From: Candidatus Shapirobacteria bacterium
GTDB taxonomy: Bacteria > Patescibacteriota > Microgenomatia > UBA12405 > BS750m-G30
Assembly (NCBI GenBank): GCA_043817235.1
Contig: JBDRHA010000003.1
Location: 1 to 61,429, forward strand
DNA: 61,429 nt
Reading direction: 5' to 3'
The notes beneath the pieces are model-generated. The model was given only the letters and a program-made list of their open reading frames with translations. It ran no database searches and was not told where the DNA came from. Positions 53,224 to 61,429 of the stretch are shown piece after piece (the first letter of the stretch is position 1; every line of letters starts with the position of its first letter). Made by a program: the position numbers and the translations under genes.

Positions 53224-54203
53224 GATTTTTTATTCCCGCTGTGATATTTGTCGTGAATTTCTTTTAGCCTTTTGTCTGTTACGTGAGTATAAATCTGGGT
53301 AGTGACAATGCTTTGGTGGCCCAAAAGTTCTTGCACTGATCTTAGGTCCGCCCCGGACGAAAGCAGATCAGTGGCAAAACTATGACGCAAAACATGAGGT
53401 GTCACTCTTATTACTAATCCCGCCTTTCTTTGATACTTCTTAACCATTCTTTGAATGGAGCGCACTGATAATCGCAAAACTTCACCCTTGGTGCTCGGGT
53501 CGCTTTTTTTGCCTGAATAGCGAATAAATAAAGGCTGGTAGTGGTCATTACGAGCAACCAAATAGCGATCCAGCCATTTTTTGGCCCTGTGAGAAATAAA
53601 TATTACCCTTTGGCGCCCACCTTTTCCAATCACGCCTACCTCGCGAGAATCTAAGTTAATTTGATCACGGTTAAGACCAACCAGCTCGGAAACCCGCAGT
53701 CCTGAGGAAAAAAGAAGCTCTAAAACAGCTTTGTCTCTTAAGCCAATGATCGTAGAAATCGTAGGCTGGCCAAGCAGTCTTTCTGCCTCTTTAGCACTCA
53801 AAAACTTAACCCCGCTTTTTTCTCCCCGAGGAAGCTCAATTTTATCGGGCGAAAGGGCCTCGTAGTCATTTTTAATGAGCCACCGCAAAAAAGACCTTAA
53901 GGCAACAATATAATATCCTTGTGTTTTCTTTTTTAAATAAGTGCCCTTCTTTGTTTTTTTATTACTAAGCAGTTTCCTAAACTGGCGAATATTTGGCCCA
54001 TTAAGGTCCAATAGGGTAGGGGACTTATTCTTTTTAGAAACGAAATCTAAAAAACTAATTAAATACTGGTGGTAATTGCGAATCGTCAGGGGAGAGCGGT
54101 TTTTTTCAATTTCTAAATATTCTAAAAAATTAAAAATTAATTTAGACAAATCGTTATTCTCGGTCATCTTCAATAGCATAATCTTATTATTTTCTTTTGT
54201 CAA
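53220..54203 (-). CDS. Tyrosine recombinase, XerC/XerD family
   Basis: RLSVRS...[39 protein letters not shown] (R-H-R-Y catalytic set); ORF opens with TTG; ATGs at 54179 and 54167 are alternative starts. Confidence 0.9.
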   Translation of the reverse strand: MTKENNKIMLLKMTENNDLSKLIFNFLEYLEIEKNRSPLTIRNYHQYLISFLDFVSKKNKSPTLLDLNGPNIRQFRKLLSNKKTKKGTYLKKKTQGYYIVALRSFLRWLIKNDYEALSPDKIELPRGEKSGVKFLSAKEAERLLGQPTISTIIGLRDKAVLELLFSSGLRVSELVGLNRDQINLDSREVGVIGKGGRQRVIFISHRAKKWLDRYLVARNDHYQPLFIRYSGKKSDPSTKGEVLRLSVRSIQRMVKKYQRKAGLVIRVTPHVLRHSFATDLLSSGADLRSVQELLGHQSIVTTQIYTHVTDKRLKEIHDKYHSGNKKS

Positions 54204-55127
54204 GATTGTGCGACGTTATAGTTATTTGACTTCTCGCCTGCCGCCTTCTTCAATAAATATTAAATATTTAATTAATGTATTTATTCTCTTTTTACTTATG
54301 AAAATAACTCAGGCAATCTAGACAAGCTTAAAAGCAAAAGTAAAAAAACAAAAAGATAAAAAATAAGAAGCATTTACTCAAAACCAAAATATTTAAGTTT
54401 TTTAAAGAGGCAATAAGATACTGGTTCGTCTAAAAAAAGGGCTCTGGCGGGCGCTAAAAAAGAGGCTTATTCTGAAAAAAAAGGTCTGTTTTTAAAATGG
54501 GGGAAGAGCTAGAATTTTAGCTTAAAACAAAAAATAACAAAACAACTTAATAAAACAACAGTCTGATTTTAAATTATATAACTAATTATTTTCTTAATAA
54601 ATAAAAATTAAAATTAAAATTATAAACATTCAAAAAAAGCACTTCTTTACTCCTTTGCTTTTCCTCCTGTTCGTAAAAGATATATTGTGCGTCATTATTA
54701 AAAGGGAAACAATCTCGTAAGGGGAAGCAAATTTATCTAAAATACTTTTTCTTTTCCCTTTTTTTAGTGTTCTACTCAACAATTTAATAAGCCTAAGTCA
54801 GTTTTAAACTCCTTCCCCTTTAAGCAGTCAAGCAAGAATGCAAGAGAGCCATAATATACTTTTCCACAACTAATAGCTAAGAAAGAGATATTAGTATCAA
54901 ACTATATCAAATTTATCTGTTTATATTTTCCCTATCTATAGGAGAGATATTTAGATAAAGAGCTATCTAGCACTCTAGTTATATATTTGCTAATAATCTG
55001 CTAACCGTGAAAATAACCCCATAGTAATAGTGAAAAGGTCTATGGGTTATAGGACTTAAGCATATTGCTATAGGATATTAGCCTCTTCCCTCTCCCCTGT
55101 TTTGACCTTGACCTAAGTTTCTTATAG

Positions 55128-55907
55128 TTATGACGAAGAAAAAATCAAGGCAAGTAAAGATGCCATTCCTATAAAAATATATTCTCTTAATATTTTAGGG
55201 AAAAGGCGCTCTCTCAAATGAGACTGAAACACTCCCCCGAAAACATAAAACCAGCTTACCAAATAAATTGCTTTTAGCGTTGCCGATAAGGGCCAAAAAG
55301 AGAGAATCAAGGCTAGCTGGCCGCTTATCAAAGCAGGAATTAGTGAATAAAGCCAGAGATTTGCTTTTTGTGATTCTGTAATCACCACTGACCAGAAAAG
55401 ATGATAAAAAAGAAGAAAATAGATTAAGCTAACCAACGCCGCATTGGCCCAAGGATAATATTCTAAGGAAAAAAGGGCGCCAAGCAAGAGCAAACAAATC
55501 AACAAACTAAAAGCAAAGCCGGTCACAAAGGCCGTGCGGTAAAGAGGAACGGCCTTATAATGCTTTGAGAAAATAAATAGATTTTCAGTCAAAAGAACTA
55601 GGTAAAAACTTATTATTAAAATTGCTGTTGCAATAAGCTGCCAACCAAAAGTTGGCGAAAGCAAAGGAGTAAACCAGCTAAAGCCAATACTTAAAAATAC
55701 CGGAAGAACTATTATAGGCAAAAAATCTTTTGGATTAGATACCTGGCGGTGGAAAAGAAAATACAAAATAATCGCCGAGAAAAAAGCCAAAACTAAACCA
55801 TTAAGCCAAAAAACCGAGCTTTGCGACCAAGAAGCGAGCCAGTTAGTAGCCCAAAAGCCCAAGCCCATCAGCAGCGAAGCAATAACAAAGTTCTTTCTTT
55901 TATTCAC
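55128..55907 (-). CDS. Polytopic membrane protein (hypothetical)
   Basis: 259 aa, about 8 hydrophobic segments; overlaps yebC-like stop by 8 nt. Confidence 0.6.
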   Translation of the reverse strand: MNKRKNFVIASLLMGLGFWATNWLASWSQSSVFWLNGLVLAFFSAIILYFLFHRQVSNPKDFLPIIVLPVFLSIGFSWFTPLLSPTFGWQLIATAILIISFYLVLLTENLFIFSKHYKAVPLYRTAFVTGFAFSLLICLLLLGALFSLEYYPWANAALVSLIYFLLFYHLFWSVVITESQKANLWLYSLIPALISGQLALILSFWPLSATLKAIYLVSWFYVFGGVFQSHLRERLFPKILREYIFIGMASLLALIFSSS

Positions 55908-56595
55908 AATTAGTGAAAACAGCTATTGTGTCCTCGTTATCTTCCAGCTCGTTTAAAAATTTCCCGACCTCTTCTTGGCTATCTACTTTTATAAGATTTT
56001 TGGGCCGCATTATCCAATCCTCAGAAATAATTTTTATTTTTGCTTTATTCAATCCTTCTTTAAAAGAGGTGAGCTTTTCGGCTGATAAATAAAAAACAAC
56101 TTTTCCTTTCTCTTGTTTAAAATCAGCTGCTCCCCAATCGCCCGCTTGTAAAATCTTCTCTTCGTCAAGAGCAGGGGTTTCAATAACCACCTGCCTTTGA
56201 AATTGAAAAGAAACTGCCCCCGGCTCAGCCAGACTACCCCGATACCGGCGAAAAATACTTTTAATCTCCTGAGTAGTTCTTTGCCGATTATCAGTTGCCA
56301 TTTGAATCATAACCGCTAAACCACAAGGACCATAACCTTCTAAAAAAAAGTTTTCCAGTTCTTTTTGGGCATTGCCTTTTTGCAAAAGCCTATCAATGTT
56401 GCTTTTGGGCATGTTTGCCGCCTTGGCCTCATCAATAATTGCCCTAAGCCGAGCATTATTTTCCGGCTCGGATGATCCACCTTCTTTAATGGCCGCCAAG
56501 ATTAGATTTGCATACCGGCTAAAAACCTGGCCCCTTTTCTTATCTTCTGCTCCTTTTCTTCTTTTTATGTTCTCCCACTTTGAATGTCCGGACAT
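55900..56595 (-). CDS. yebC: YebC/PmpR family transcriptional regulator
   Basis: MSGHSKWENIKRRKGAEDKKRGQVFSR. Confidence 0.9.
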   Translation of the reverse strand: MSGHSKWENIKRRKGAEDKKRGQVFSRYANLILAAIKEGGSSEPENNARLRAIIDEAKAANMPKSNIDRLLQKGNAQKELENFFLEGYGPCGLAVMIQMATDNRQRTTQEIKSIFRRYRGSLAEPGAVSFQFQRQVVIETPALDEEKILQAGDWGAADFKQEKGKVVFYLSAEKLTSFKEGLNKAKIKIISEDWIMRPKNLIKVDSQEEVGKFLNELEDNEDTIAVFTNCE

Positions 56596-56603
56596 GATTT
56601 ATT

Positions 56604-57497
56604 TTACCGTATTTGGAAAAAGTTTTCTCCCAAATAAATATTAATTTGGGTTGGGTCCTTAAACTCATCGCCCGAAAGAACCTGCTCCCGGCAAGGAGAA
56701 ATTACATTAACCAGTCGTTTATAAGTCCAGCTGCCCTTTTGACTAGCTGAGTCTAAACCGAGCAAACAAGATTCCTCTTCTCTTGAGCTATCTTTAACCA
56801 CTACCACGCTCATCCCCATATTGGTCAATACTCTTTCCAGTTTTCCTCCCCAGCCCTCCACACTTGTTGTGTTGTAAATAGCAATAGGAATCTTCTCTTT
56901 TTTTAACACCGGGTCTGCCAAATAAACACTGGCCCAGGTATCCCAAGTTTCTTGATTTAATTTTAATATCTCTCCTTCCTTCGTGCTAAACTCCCTCTGC
57001 CCCTCTTTGCTTTCCCAAACAAGGTGACCCTGGCCCAAAAAGCGACTAACTTTTAAAAGATTAATTCTTTCAGAAAAAGATAAGTGTTTGCCAAGGATAG
57101 CTAATTTATTTAGCTGGCCCCTTACAAAACCTAGCCTATCCCCCACCCAGTCCTGGTTATGGGAAACCCAAAGATCAACCGCTAAGCCAAAATTATATTC
57201 AATAGTTTTAGGAACAATTCCTGGCTCTTTTTCCTGCAGCGCCAGACCAGTTAGTTTGCTTATTTTAAATTCACCATACTGGCCAAACGACTCTACTGAA
57301 AGATCAAGAGGAAATGAGACAAAAAAACTAGTTTCATTTACCGGATCGCAGGATAGCAAAACAAGATCTTTTGTTCCTAAAAGAACCAAATTATATTGTC
57401 TTTGCGAAGACCAAAGCTGAGGGGCTATTGCTTTAAACCAATAAAAAACAAAAGCAATAATAACCAAGCAAAGAAAAAATACTATTTTTCTTTTCAT
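56604..57497 (-). CDS. LytR/CpsA/Psr-like envelope protein with LytR_C-like end (degenerate)
   Basis: N-terminal TM, NLVLLGTKDLVLLSCDPVNETSFFVSFPLDL resembles the LCP core, IPIAIYNTTSVEGWGGKLERVLTNMG resembles LytR_C. Confidence 0.4.
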   Translation of the reverse strand: MKRKIVFFLCLVIIAFVFYWFKAIAPQLWSSQRQYNLVLLGTKDLVLLSCDPVNETSFFVSFPLDLSVESFGQYGEFKISKLTGLALQEKEPGIVPKTIEYNFGLAVDLWVSHNQDWVGDRLGFVRGQLNKLAILGKHLSFSERINLLKVSRFLGQGHLVWESKEGQREFSTKEGEILKLNQETWDTWASVYLADPVLKKEKIPIAIYNTTSVEGWGGKLERVLTNMGMSVVVVKDSSREEESCLLGLDSASQKGSWTYKRLVNVISPCREQVLSGDEFKDPTQINIYLGENFFQIR

Positions 57498-58222
57498 TAT
57501 TTCTTTTCTTTTAATTTAGCCAGAATACTTACTAATTCGTAAGGAATCGGACTATTAATAGATATAATTTTCTCTGTCTGAGGGTGTTTAAAGCTCAAGA
57601 AGCTAGCATGTAAAAAAAGGCGGGGAAAAAGCTTTTTATCTTTTGAAGAGGAATAAAGTTGGTCTCCGGCTAGGGGAAAGCCTAAATATTTTAAATGAAC
57701 CCGAATCTGATGGGTGCGTCCGGTTTCGGGTTTGACCTTAAGTAAAGAATATGCTTGGCCGCCATCAATATAAATATTAAGCCGCTCATAGCTGGTTTTC
57801 GCACTTTTACCCATCGGATAAACTCTCCATTTGTTTTTGTAGTTTTTTTGCCTTTTAATCGGAGCCTGGATAATCCCCTCTTTTGTTGTTTCGCCTTTAG
57901 CCAAAGCAAAATATTCCTTTTTTACCTGTCGATTGGCAAATTGCTCCTGTAAATCTTTAAAGTCTTTGCTATTCTTGGCGACCAAAAGCAGGCCGGAGGT
58001 TTCTTTATCAAGCCGGTGAACAATGCCGCTCCTTCTTTTAAAAATCCCCTTCTCTTCGGCAAAAAATACTTCTTTTTCCAGCCACTTTTGTAGTTCAGTT
58101 TTTTCTCGCAAATCACGAAGAGTTGCCCAAAAATAAGGCTTATCTATTACCAGAAGCCGGGAGTCTTCAAAGATAATCTTAGGAAGATTTTCTTGTCTTT
58201 TTTTTCTGAACACATTTAACAC
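57497..58222 (-). CDS. RluA-family pseudouridine synthase (no S4 domain)
   Basis: GIVHRLDKETSGLLLVAKN catalytic Asp motif, GRTHQIRVH. Confidence 0.85.
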   Translation of the reverse strand: MLNVFRKKRQENLPKIIFEDSRLLVIDKPYFWATLRDLREKTELQKWLEKEVFFAEEKGIFKRRSGIVHRLDKETSGLLLVAKNSKDFKDLQEQFANRQVKKEYFALAKGETTKEGIIQAPIKRQKNYKNKWRVYPMGKSAKTSYERLNIYIDGGQAYSLLKVKPETGRTHQIRVHLKYLGFPLAGDQLYSSSKDKKLFPRLFLHASFLSFKHPQTEKIISINSPIPYELVSILAKLKEKK

Positions 58223-58577
58223 ATATTGTCGCTTCCGGAAAAACCATTAGTCTTTCTGTATCTATAAACTCGCCGCAAGCCTCACAGGTGCCATAACGCC
58301 CTATTTTTATTCTGGATAAGGCCTTGCGGACCTGAACTATCCTTTTATCTAAAAGCTTTTTAATCGCCTCGGCCTGAGCATGACCAAATTGTTCGGCCGC
58401 CTCTGCATCTTCAGCTGCATTATCATTGGTGCGAGAAGGGTCGGAAAAGGGATCAGACTTCTCCACCGCTTTTCGCCGCTTTAAAAGCTTTTTCAGTTCT
58501 TTGGTTAAAAAATCGTTAACCGGCTTGAGAACTTTTGCCGGGAAAACAAAAACAGACCTGGTTTTTTTCTTTTTCAT
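58179..58577 (-). CDS. DksA/TraR-family C4 zinc-finger protein
   Basis: GRYGTCEACGEFIDTERLMVFPEATICVKC. Confidence 0.7.
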   Translation of the reverse strand: MKKKKTRSVFVFPAKVLKPVNDFLTKELKKLLKRRKAVEKSDPFSDPSRTNDNAAEDAEAAEQFGHAQAEAIKKLLDKRIVQVRKALSRIKIGRYGTCEACGEFIDTERLMVFPEATICVKCVQKKKTRKSS

Positions 58578-59218
58578 TTTTTAATATTTCTTGCTCTATA
58601 AAACAGTAACACGCTGCCTGCCGTGGCCCCTGCTGCGGATAATAAACTCCGCCAGTATAAACCATTACTCAAACTAAAATCAAGTCCAGCTTCTAAGACT
58701 AAAATAATAGATAAAGGAAGCAAAAACAAAAAGCCGGCTTTGCCCGAACGGTACCAGTTAAAGGAACGATACCCTTTCGCTAATTTTACTGATAAATAAG
58801 CAATAAGAAAAAACAATGTTTGAATAAAATAAGAAACCCTGCCAAAGGTTATGCTCATTCCCAAAAGGATGATTCCTGAAAGAAACAATATAGCTGGCGT
58901 AATGCTTTCCAGCATATACCAAATATTCCATTTATTTTGCCAAGAAGCAATAATTGAAGAGACTATCACCCCGCTTAAGCCAACGGCTAAAAAATATTCT
59001 TTTTGGCCCAAAAAATAAGGTAAAAGCGCAAAAAGAGCAAAAAACAATAAGGTAAACAAGCTATAGCTAATAATCATTTTCTCTGGATATTCGCCCTTAA
59101 ATTTGGCCCAGAGAGAAAATAAATAAATTATTACCCCTAAAGGAAAAAAGAGAAAAAGTAAAGAAAAATTAATCCCATAAAAATTCCAAACTAAAGGACT
59201 AAATAATGTCTTTTCCAT
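58574..59218 (-). CDS. Polytopic membrane protein (hypothetical)
   Basis: 214 aa, 6-7 hydrophobic segments, 4-nt overlap with the dksA-like gene. Confidence 0.55.
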   Translation of the reverse strand: MEKTLFSPLVWNFYGINFSLLFLFFPLGVIIYLFSLWAKFKGEYPEKMIISYSLFTLLFFALFALLPYFLGQKEYFLAVGLSGVIVSSIIASWQNKWNIWYMLESITPAILFLSGIILLGMSITFGRVSYFIQTLFFLIAYLSVKLAKGYRSFNWYRSGKAGFLFLLPLSIILVLEAGLDFSLSNGLYWRSLLSAAGATAGSVLLFYRARNIKK

Positions 59219-59249
59219 CTAGCTTATGATACCATAAATAAAGAAAATA

Positions 59250-59338
59250 GCCGTGGTGCTGGAACTGGCAGACAGGTAGGTCTCAAAAACCTATGGTAGC
59301 TAACTACCGTGTGGGTTCAACTCCCACCCACGGCACCA
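59250..59338 (+). tRNA. tRNA-Leu (anticodon CAA), CCA encoded
   Basis: Hand-folded: acceptor gccgtgg/ccacggc, anticodon stem taggt/accta, loop ctCAAaa, long variable arm ggtag-ctaa-ctacc, T arm gtggg-ttcaact-cccac, A73, cca. Confidence 0.9.
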
Positions 59339-59376
59339 CGTAATCCCGAAATATCGGAAAACGTGGTGCGCCTTCT

Positions 59377-60711
59377 TCACTCACTCTTTTTCTGCTCCAG
59401 ATCAAAAAAGCTAATAAATTTAGAATTAAAATACATCCCAAATTTATCCACCGGGCCATTGCGATGTTTAGCTACTTCGCAAGTTACCGTTTCCCTGTTA
59501 TCTTCGTCCTCCCGATAAAGAAACACCACTACATCTGAATCTTGCTCAATTCCCCCTGATTCCCTTAAATCAGCCAGCCTAGGCCGCTGGGTTCCCCGCG
59601 CCTCCACCGCCCGGTTTAGTTGAGATAAAGCCAGCACCGGAACCTTCAACTCCCGAGCCATATTTTTTAACCCCTGAGAGATCTCTGACACTTCTTGAGC
59701 CCTATTTTCCAATCCCCTGCCGGCAATTAACTGCATATAGTCAATAATTACTAATTCTAATCCGTTTTCAGACTGAAGCCTTCTGGCCTTGGTGCGCATT
59801 TCTAAAACGGAAAGAGCAGGAGTGTCATCAATATATAAGGGAGCCTCGGCCAAAACTCCCATTGCTTCGGATAAATTATTAAAATCTCCTTCATCCAGCC
59901 GGCCGGTTTTCATTTTCCAAGAATCAATCTGTGCCTGGCGAACAAGCAAACGGTCAACAAGTTCCTCCTTGCTCATTTCTAAGGAAAAAAAACAAACTGG
60001 AAGTTTACTATCAACAGAGACAAAGCGACCAATGCTCAAGGCAAAAGCTGTTTTCCCAATTCCGGGCCGAGAGGCCAAAACAATCATATTGCTTTTTTGC
60101 ATGCCAGCCAGCAAATTATCAAGATCAGTAAATCCGGTCGGAATCCCTCTAATCCCCCCTCCTCTTTTTTGAAGCTCATCCAGCCGGTCAAAGCTTTCGG
60201 CTAAAGCATCTCGCAAAGAAACGAGCGTCCCTCTTAGGTTATGCTGGGCCAGGGAAAAAAGCAGTTTTTCAGACTTATCCAAAGCCTCATCAGAACCCAA
60301 GCCTTCATCAAAGGCGGCCGTATTAATTTCTCCGGCAATAGAAATTAATTCCCTTTTAATATATAAGTTTTTAATGATTTTGGCATAGTGAAGTGCATGA
60401 GAGGAGGTGGGAACAGAATTAGCTAAGCTTATTAATTGAGAGCGGCCACCGATTTTTTTCAATACTTTCTTCTTTTTCAGCTTTTCGGCCACTGTAATCA
60501 GATCAATAGGCGTTCCCTCTTCGTACAAAGAAATTATCGCCTCATAAATACTGGCATAATTGGGGTTGTAAAAATGTGTCGGTCTTAAAATTTCGGCTGT
60601 AGCTAAAACCGCATCCTTATCAATAAGCATAGCACCCAAAACAGAGACTTCTGCTTCTTCTGACTGGGGTGGCAATTTTATTTCGGAATTTCTTTTGTTA
60701 GATTCAGCCAT
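59377..60711 (-). CDS. dnaB: Replicative DNA helicase DnaB
   Basis: PPQSEEAEVSVLGAMLID start, Walker A ASRPGIGKTAFAL, IIDYMQL, SQLNR, RESGGIEQDSD. Confidence 0.95.
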   Translation of the reverse strand: MAESNKRNSEIKLPPQSEEAEVSVLGAMLIDKDAVLATAEILRPTHFYNPNYASIYEAIISLYEEGTPIDLITVAEKLKKKKVLKKIGGRSQLISLANSVPTSSHALHYAKIIKNLYIKRELISIAGEINTAAFDEGLGSDEALDKSEKLLFSLAQHNLRGTLVSLRDALAESFDRLDELQKRGGGIRGIPTGFTDLDNLLAGMQKSNMIVLASRPGIGKTAFALSIGRFVSVDSKLPVCFFSLEMSKEELVDRLLVRQAQIDSWKMKTGRLDEGDFNNLSEAMGVLAEAPLYIDDTPALSVLEMRTKARRLQSENGLELVIIDYMQLIAGRGLENRAQEVSEISQGLKNMARELKVPVLALSQLNRAVEARGTQRPRLADLRESGGIEQDSDVVVFLYREDEDNRETVTCEVAKHRNGPVDKFGMYFNSKFISFFDLEQKKSE

Positions 60712-60713
60712 CC

Positions 60714-61328
60714 CTAAATTTTGGGCTCTAATAAAACGATCCTTGATTCTTCGCTCCCTATCTCTTCCTGGCCAATCACCAGCTTTTCCTGAGCCTTGAC
60801 ATCCTCCTGATCAAGAGCATCCAAAAAAGGCTTAGCCCAAATTCCATTTTTCAGCTCGACTAAGGGAATGTTTTCTGAACAAAAAGGAATAATAATTTCC
60901 GGAGAAATCTTTTGGCTGATTTCTTTTACCCGCCGGGCAAAATTACCACTGCTTTGATCTACTTTTAAAAATAGGATATTAACATTAGGAAAGTCTTGAA
61001 CAAGGTCTTTAGTCTCGTCTGATTTAAGACTCCACCAGAAAGCGAGCCGAAAATTATTTATTCTAAACCAATAGCCCGAATGATAACCCCGAATATCAAC
61101 ACCCGCCACTTCGTACTCCCCGGGTCCCTTTGGCCAAAATGGCTTTTTGCGAGTGACTCCTTCAATTCTTTTGGCTAAATCTGCTTTGGTTTTTCTATTT
61201 TGAAAAACTAAATCCGCTTTACTTTTAGGAAAAAGCATTTTAGTTTGAGCCAAAGAATAGGGTTGAGTTAAAACTATTTGTTTTTTTTCTGAAATACGAA
61301 AGCTTTGCCAGCCCAAATACTTAATTTC
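60714..61328 (-). CDS. Hypothetical protein, possibly a degenerate metallo-beta-lactamase-fold
   Basis: MEIKYLGWQSFRI resembles the first strand of MBL-fold hydrolases, but no HxHxDH seen; ATG at 61328 preferred. Confidence 0.4.
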   Translation of the reverse strand, partial: EIKYLGWQSFRISEKKQIVLTQPYSLAQTKMLFPKSKADLVFQNRKTKADLAKRIEGVTRKKPFWPKGPGEYEVAGVDIRGYHSGYWFRINNFRLAFWWSLKSDETKDLVQDFPNVNILFLKVDQSSGNFARRVKEISQKISPEIIIPFCSENIPLVELKNGIWAKPFLDALDQEDVKAQEKLVIGQEEIGSEESRIVLLEPKI

Positions 61329-61429
61329 CATTAATAGAAATATAACACGAGGCAAAAAACTTCACAACTTTTTTAAAATGGTCTTCTTGACACTCGGGCT
61401 TAATCTGAGTTATAGTAACTTTATAATTT

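Noticed and set aside
54076-54321. 81-aa plus-strand ORF
   Set aside because: It overlaps the 5' end of the xer gene antisense and continues into AT-rich low-complexity sequence, so it is not credible.
54849-54876. dif site / DnaA box call at gagccataatatacttttccacaac
   Set aside because: The reverse complement shares GTATATTATG with E. coli dif, but the XerD arm does not match. There is only a single relaxed DnaA box. This is not enough for a feature call, so I mention it only inside the non-coding-region finding.
1-61429. Alternative genetic code (UGA recoded, as in some CPR lineages)
   Set aside because: Conserved genes end at TGA at the expected positions (for example pheS, the SpoU upstream gene and DUF2283-like), and no conserved protein needs read-through of a stop.

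Overview
This 61.4-kb window comes from a compact bacterial genome that reads well with the standard code (TGA, TAA and TAG all end conserved genes). Genes are tightly packed, with many 4-60 nt overlaps. Several features together suggest a Candidate Phyla Radiation/Patescibacteria (Microgenomates-like) organism, but that placement is inference only: domain-reduced housekeeping proteins, an archaeal-type TyrRS, an ATP-dependent DNA ligase, an EndoQ-like nuclease and a type IV pilus locus without a secretin.

Layout:
- 1-300: structured repeats, truncated by the window edge.
- 0.3-1.7 kb: two small peptidoglycan hydrolases.
- 1.7-8.9 kb: tig, thrS, infC-rpmI-rplT, pheST.
- 8.9-11.6 kb: PBP1A split by a 1-nt frameshift.
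- 11.7-15.5 kb: recG, rpmF, a NusB-RNase III fusion ORF, rpsP, a KH protein.
- 15.5-27.7 kb: one minus-strand type IV pilus operon (pilB-pilT-pilC-major pilin-pilD-eight further pilin-like genes-pilMNO).
- 27.7-34.2 kb: holB, Fic, ATP-ligase, CaCA exchanger, EndoQ-like, PRTase.
- 34.2-37.2 kb: an AT-rich island next to tRNA-Ala, holding a type II R-M pair and a three-gene toxin-antitoxin-like cassette bracketed by perfect 33-bp direct repeats.
- 37.2-42.5 kb: MFS, SpoU methyltransferase, thioredoxin-fold protein, ferredoxin, HEPN-like protein, tyrS.
- 42.7-45.9 kb: four co-oriented gene cassettes, each followed by a related ~50-nt repeat resembling the 3' end of the adjacent tRNA-Tyr. The youngest is a 0.3-kb GIY-YIG mini-element.
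- 46-53 kb: Nudix, obg, gyrBA.
- 53.2-54.2 kb: Xer-type recombinase.
- 54.2-55.1 kb: an unusual 0.92-kb AT-rich non-coding region.
- 55-61 kb: yebC, LCP-like, rluD-like, dksA-like, tRNA-Leu, dnaB.

I saw no rRNA, cas genes, transposases or prophage structural genes. The three most unusual signals are the tRNA-Tyr/tyrS cassette array with its repeat family, a hybrid tRNA-Tyr (C1:G72 plus a long variable arm) next to an archaeal-type TyrRS, and the 33-bp-repeat-bracketed cassette inside the R-M island.
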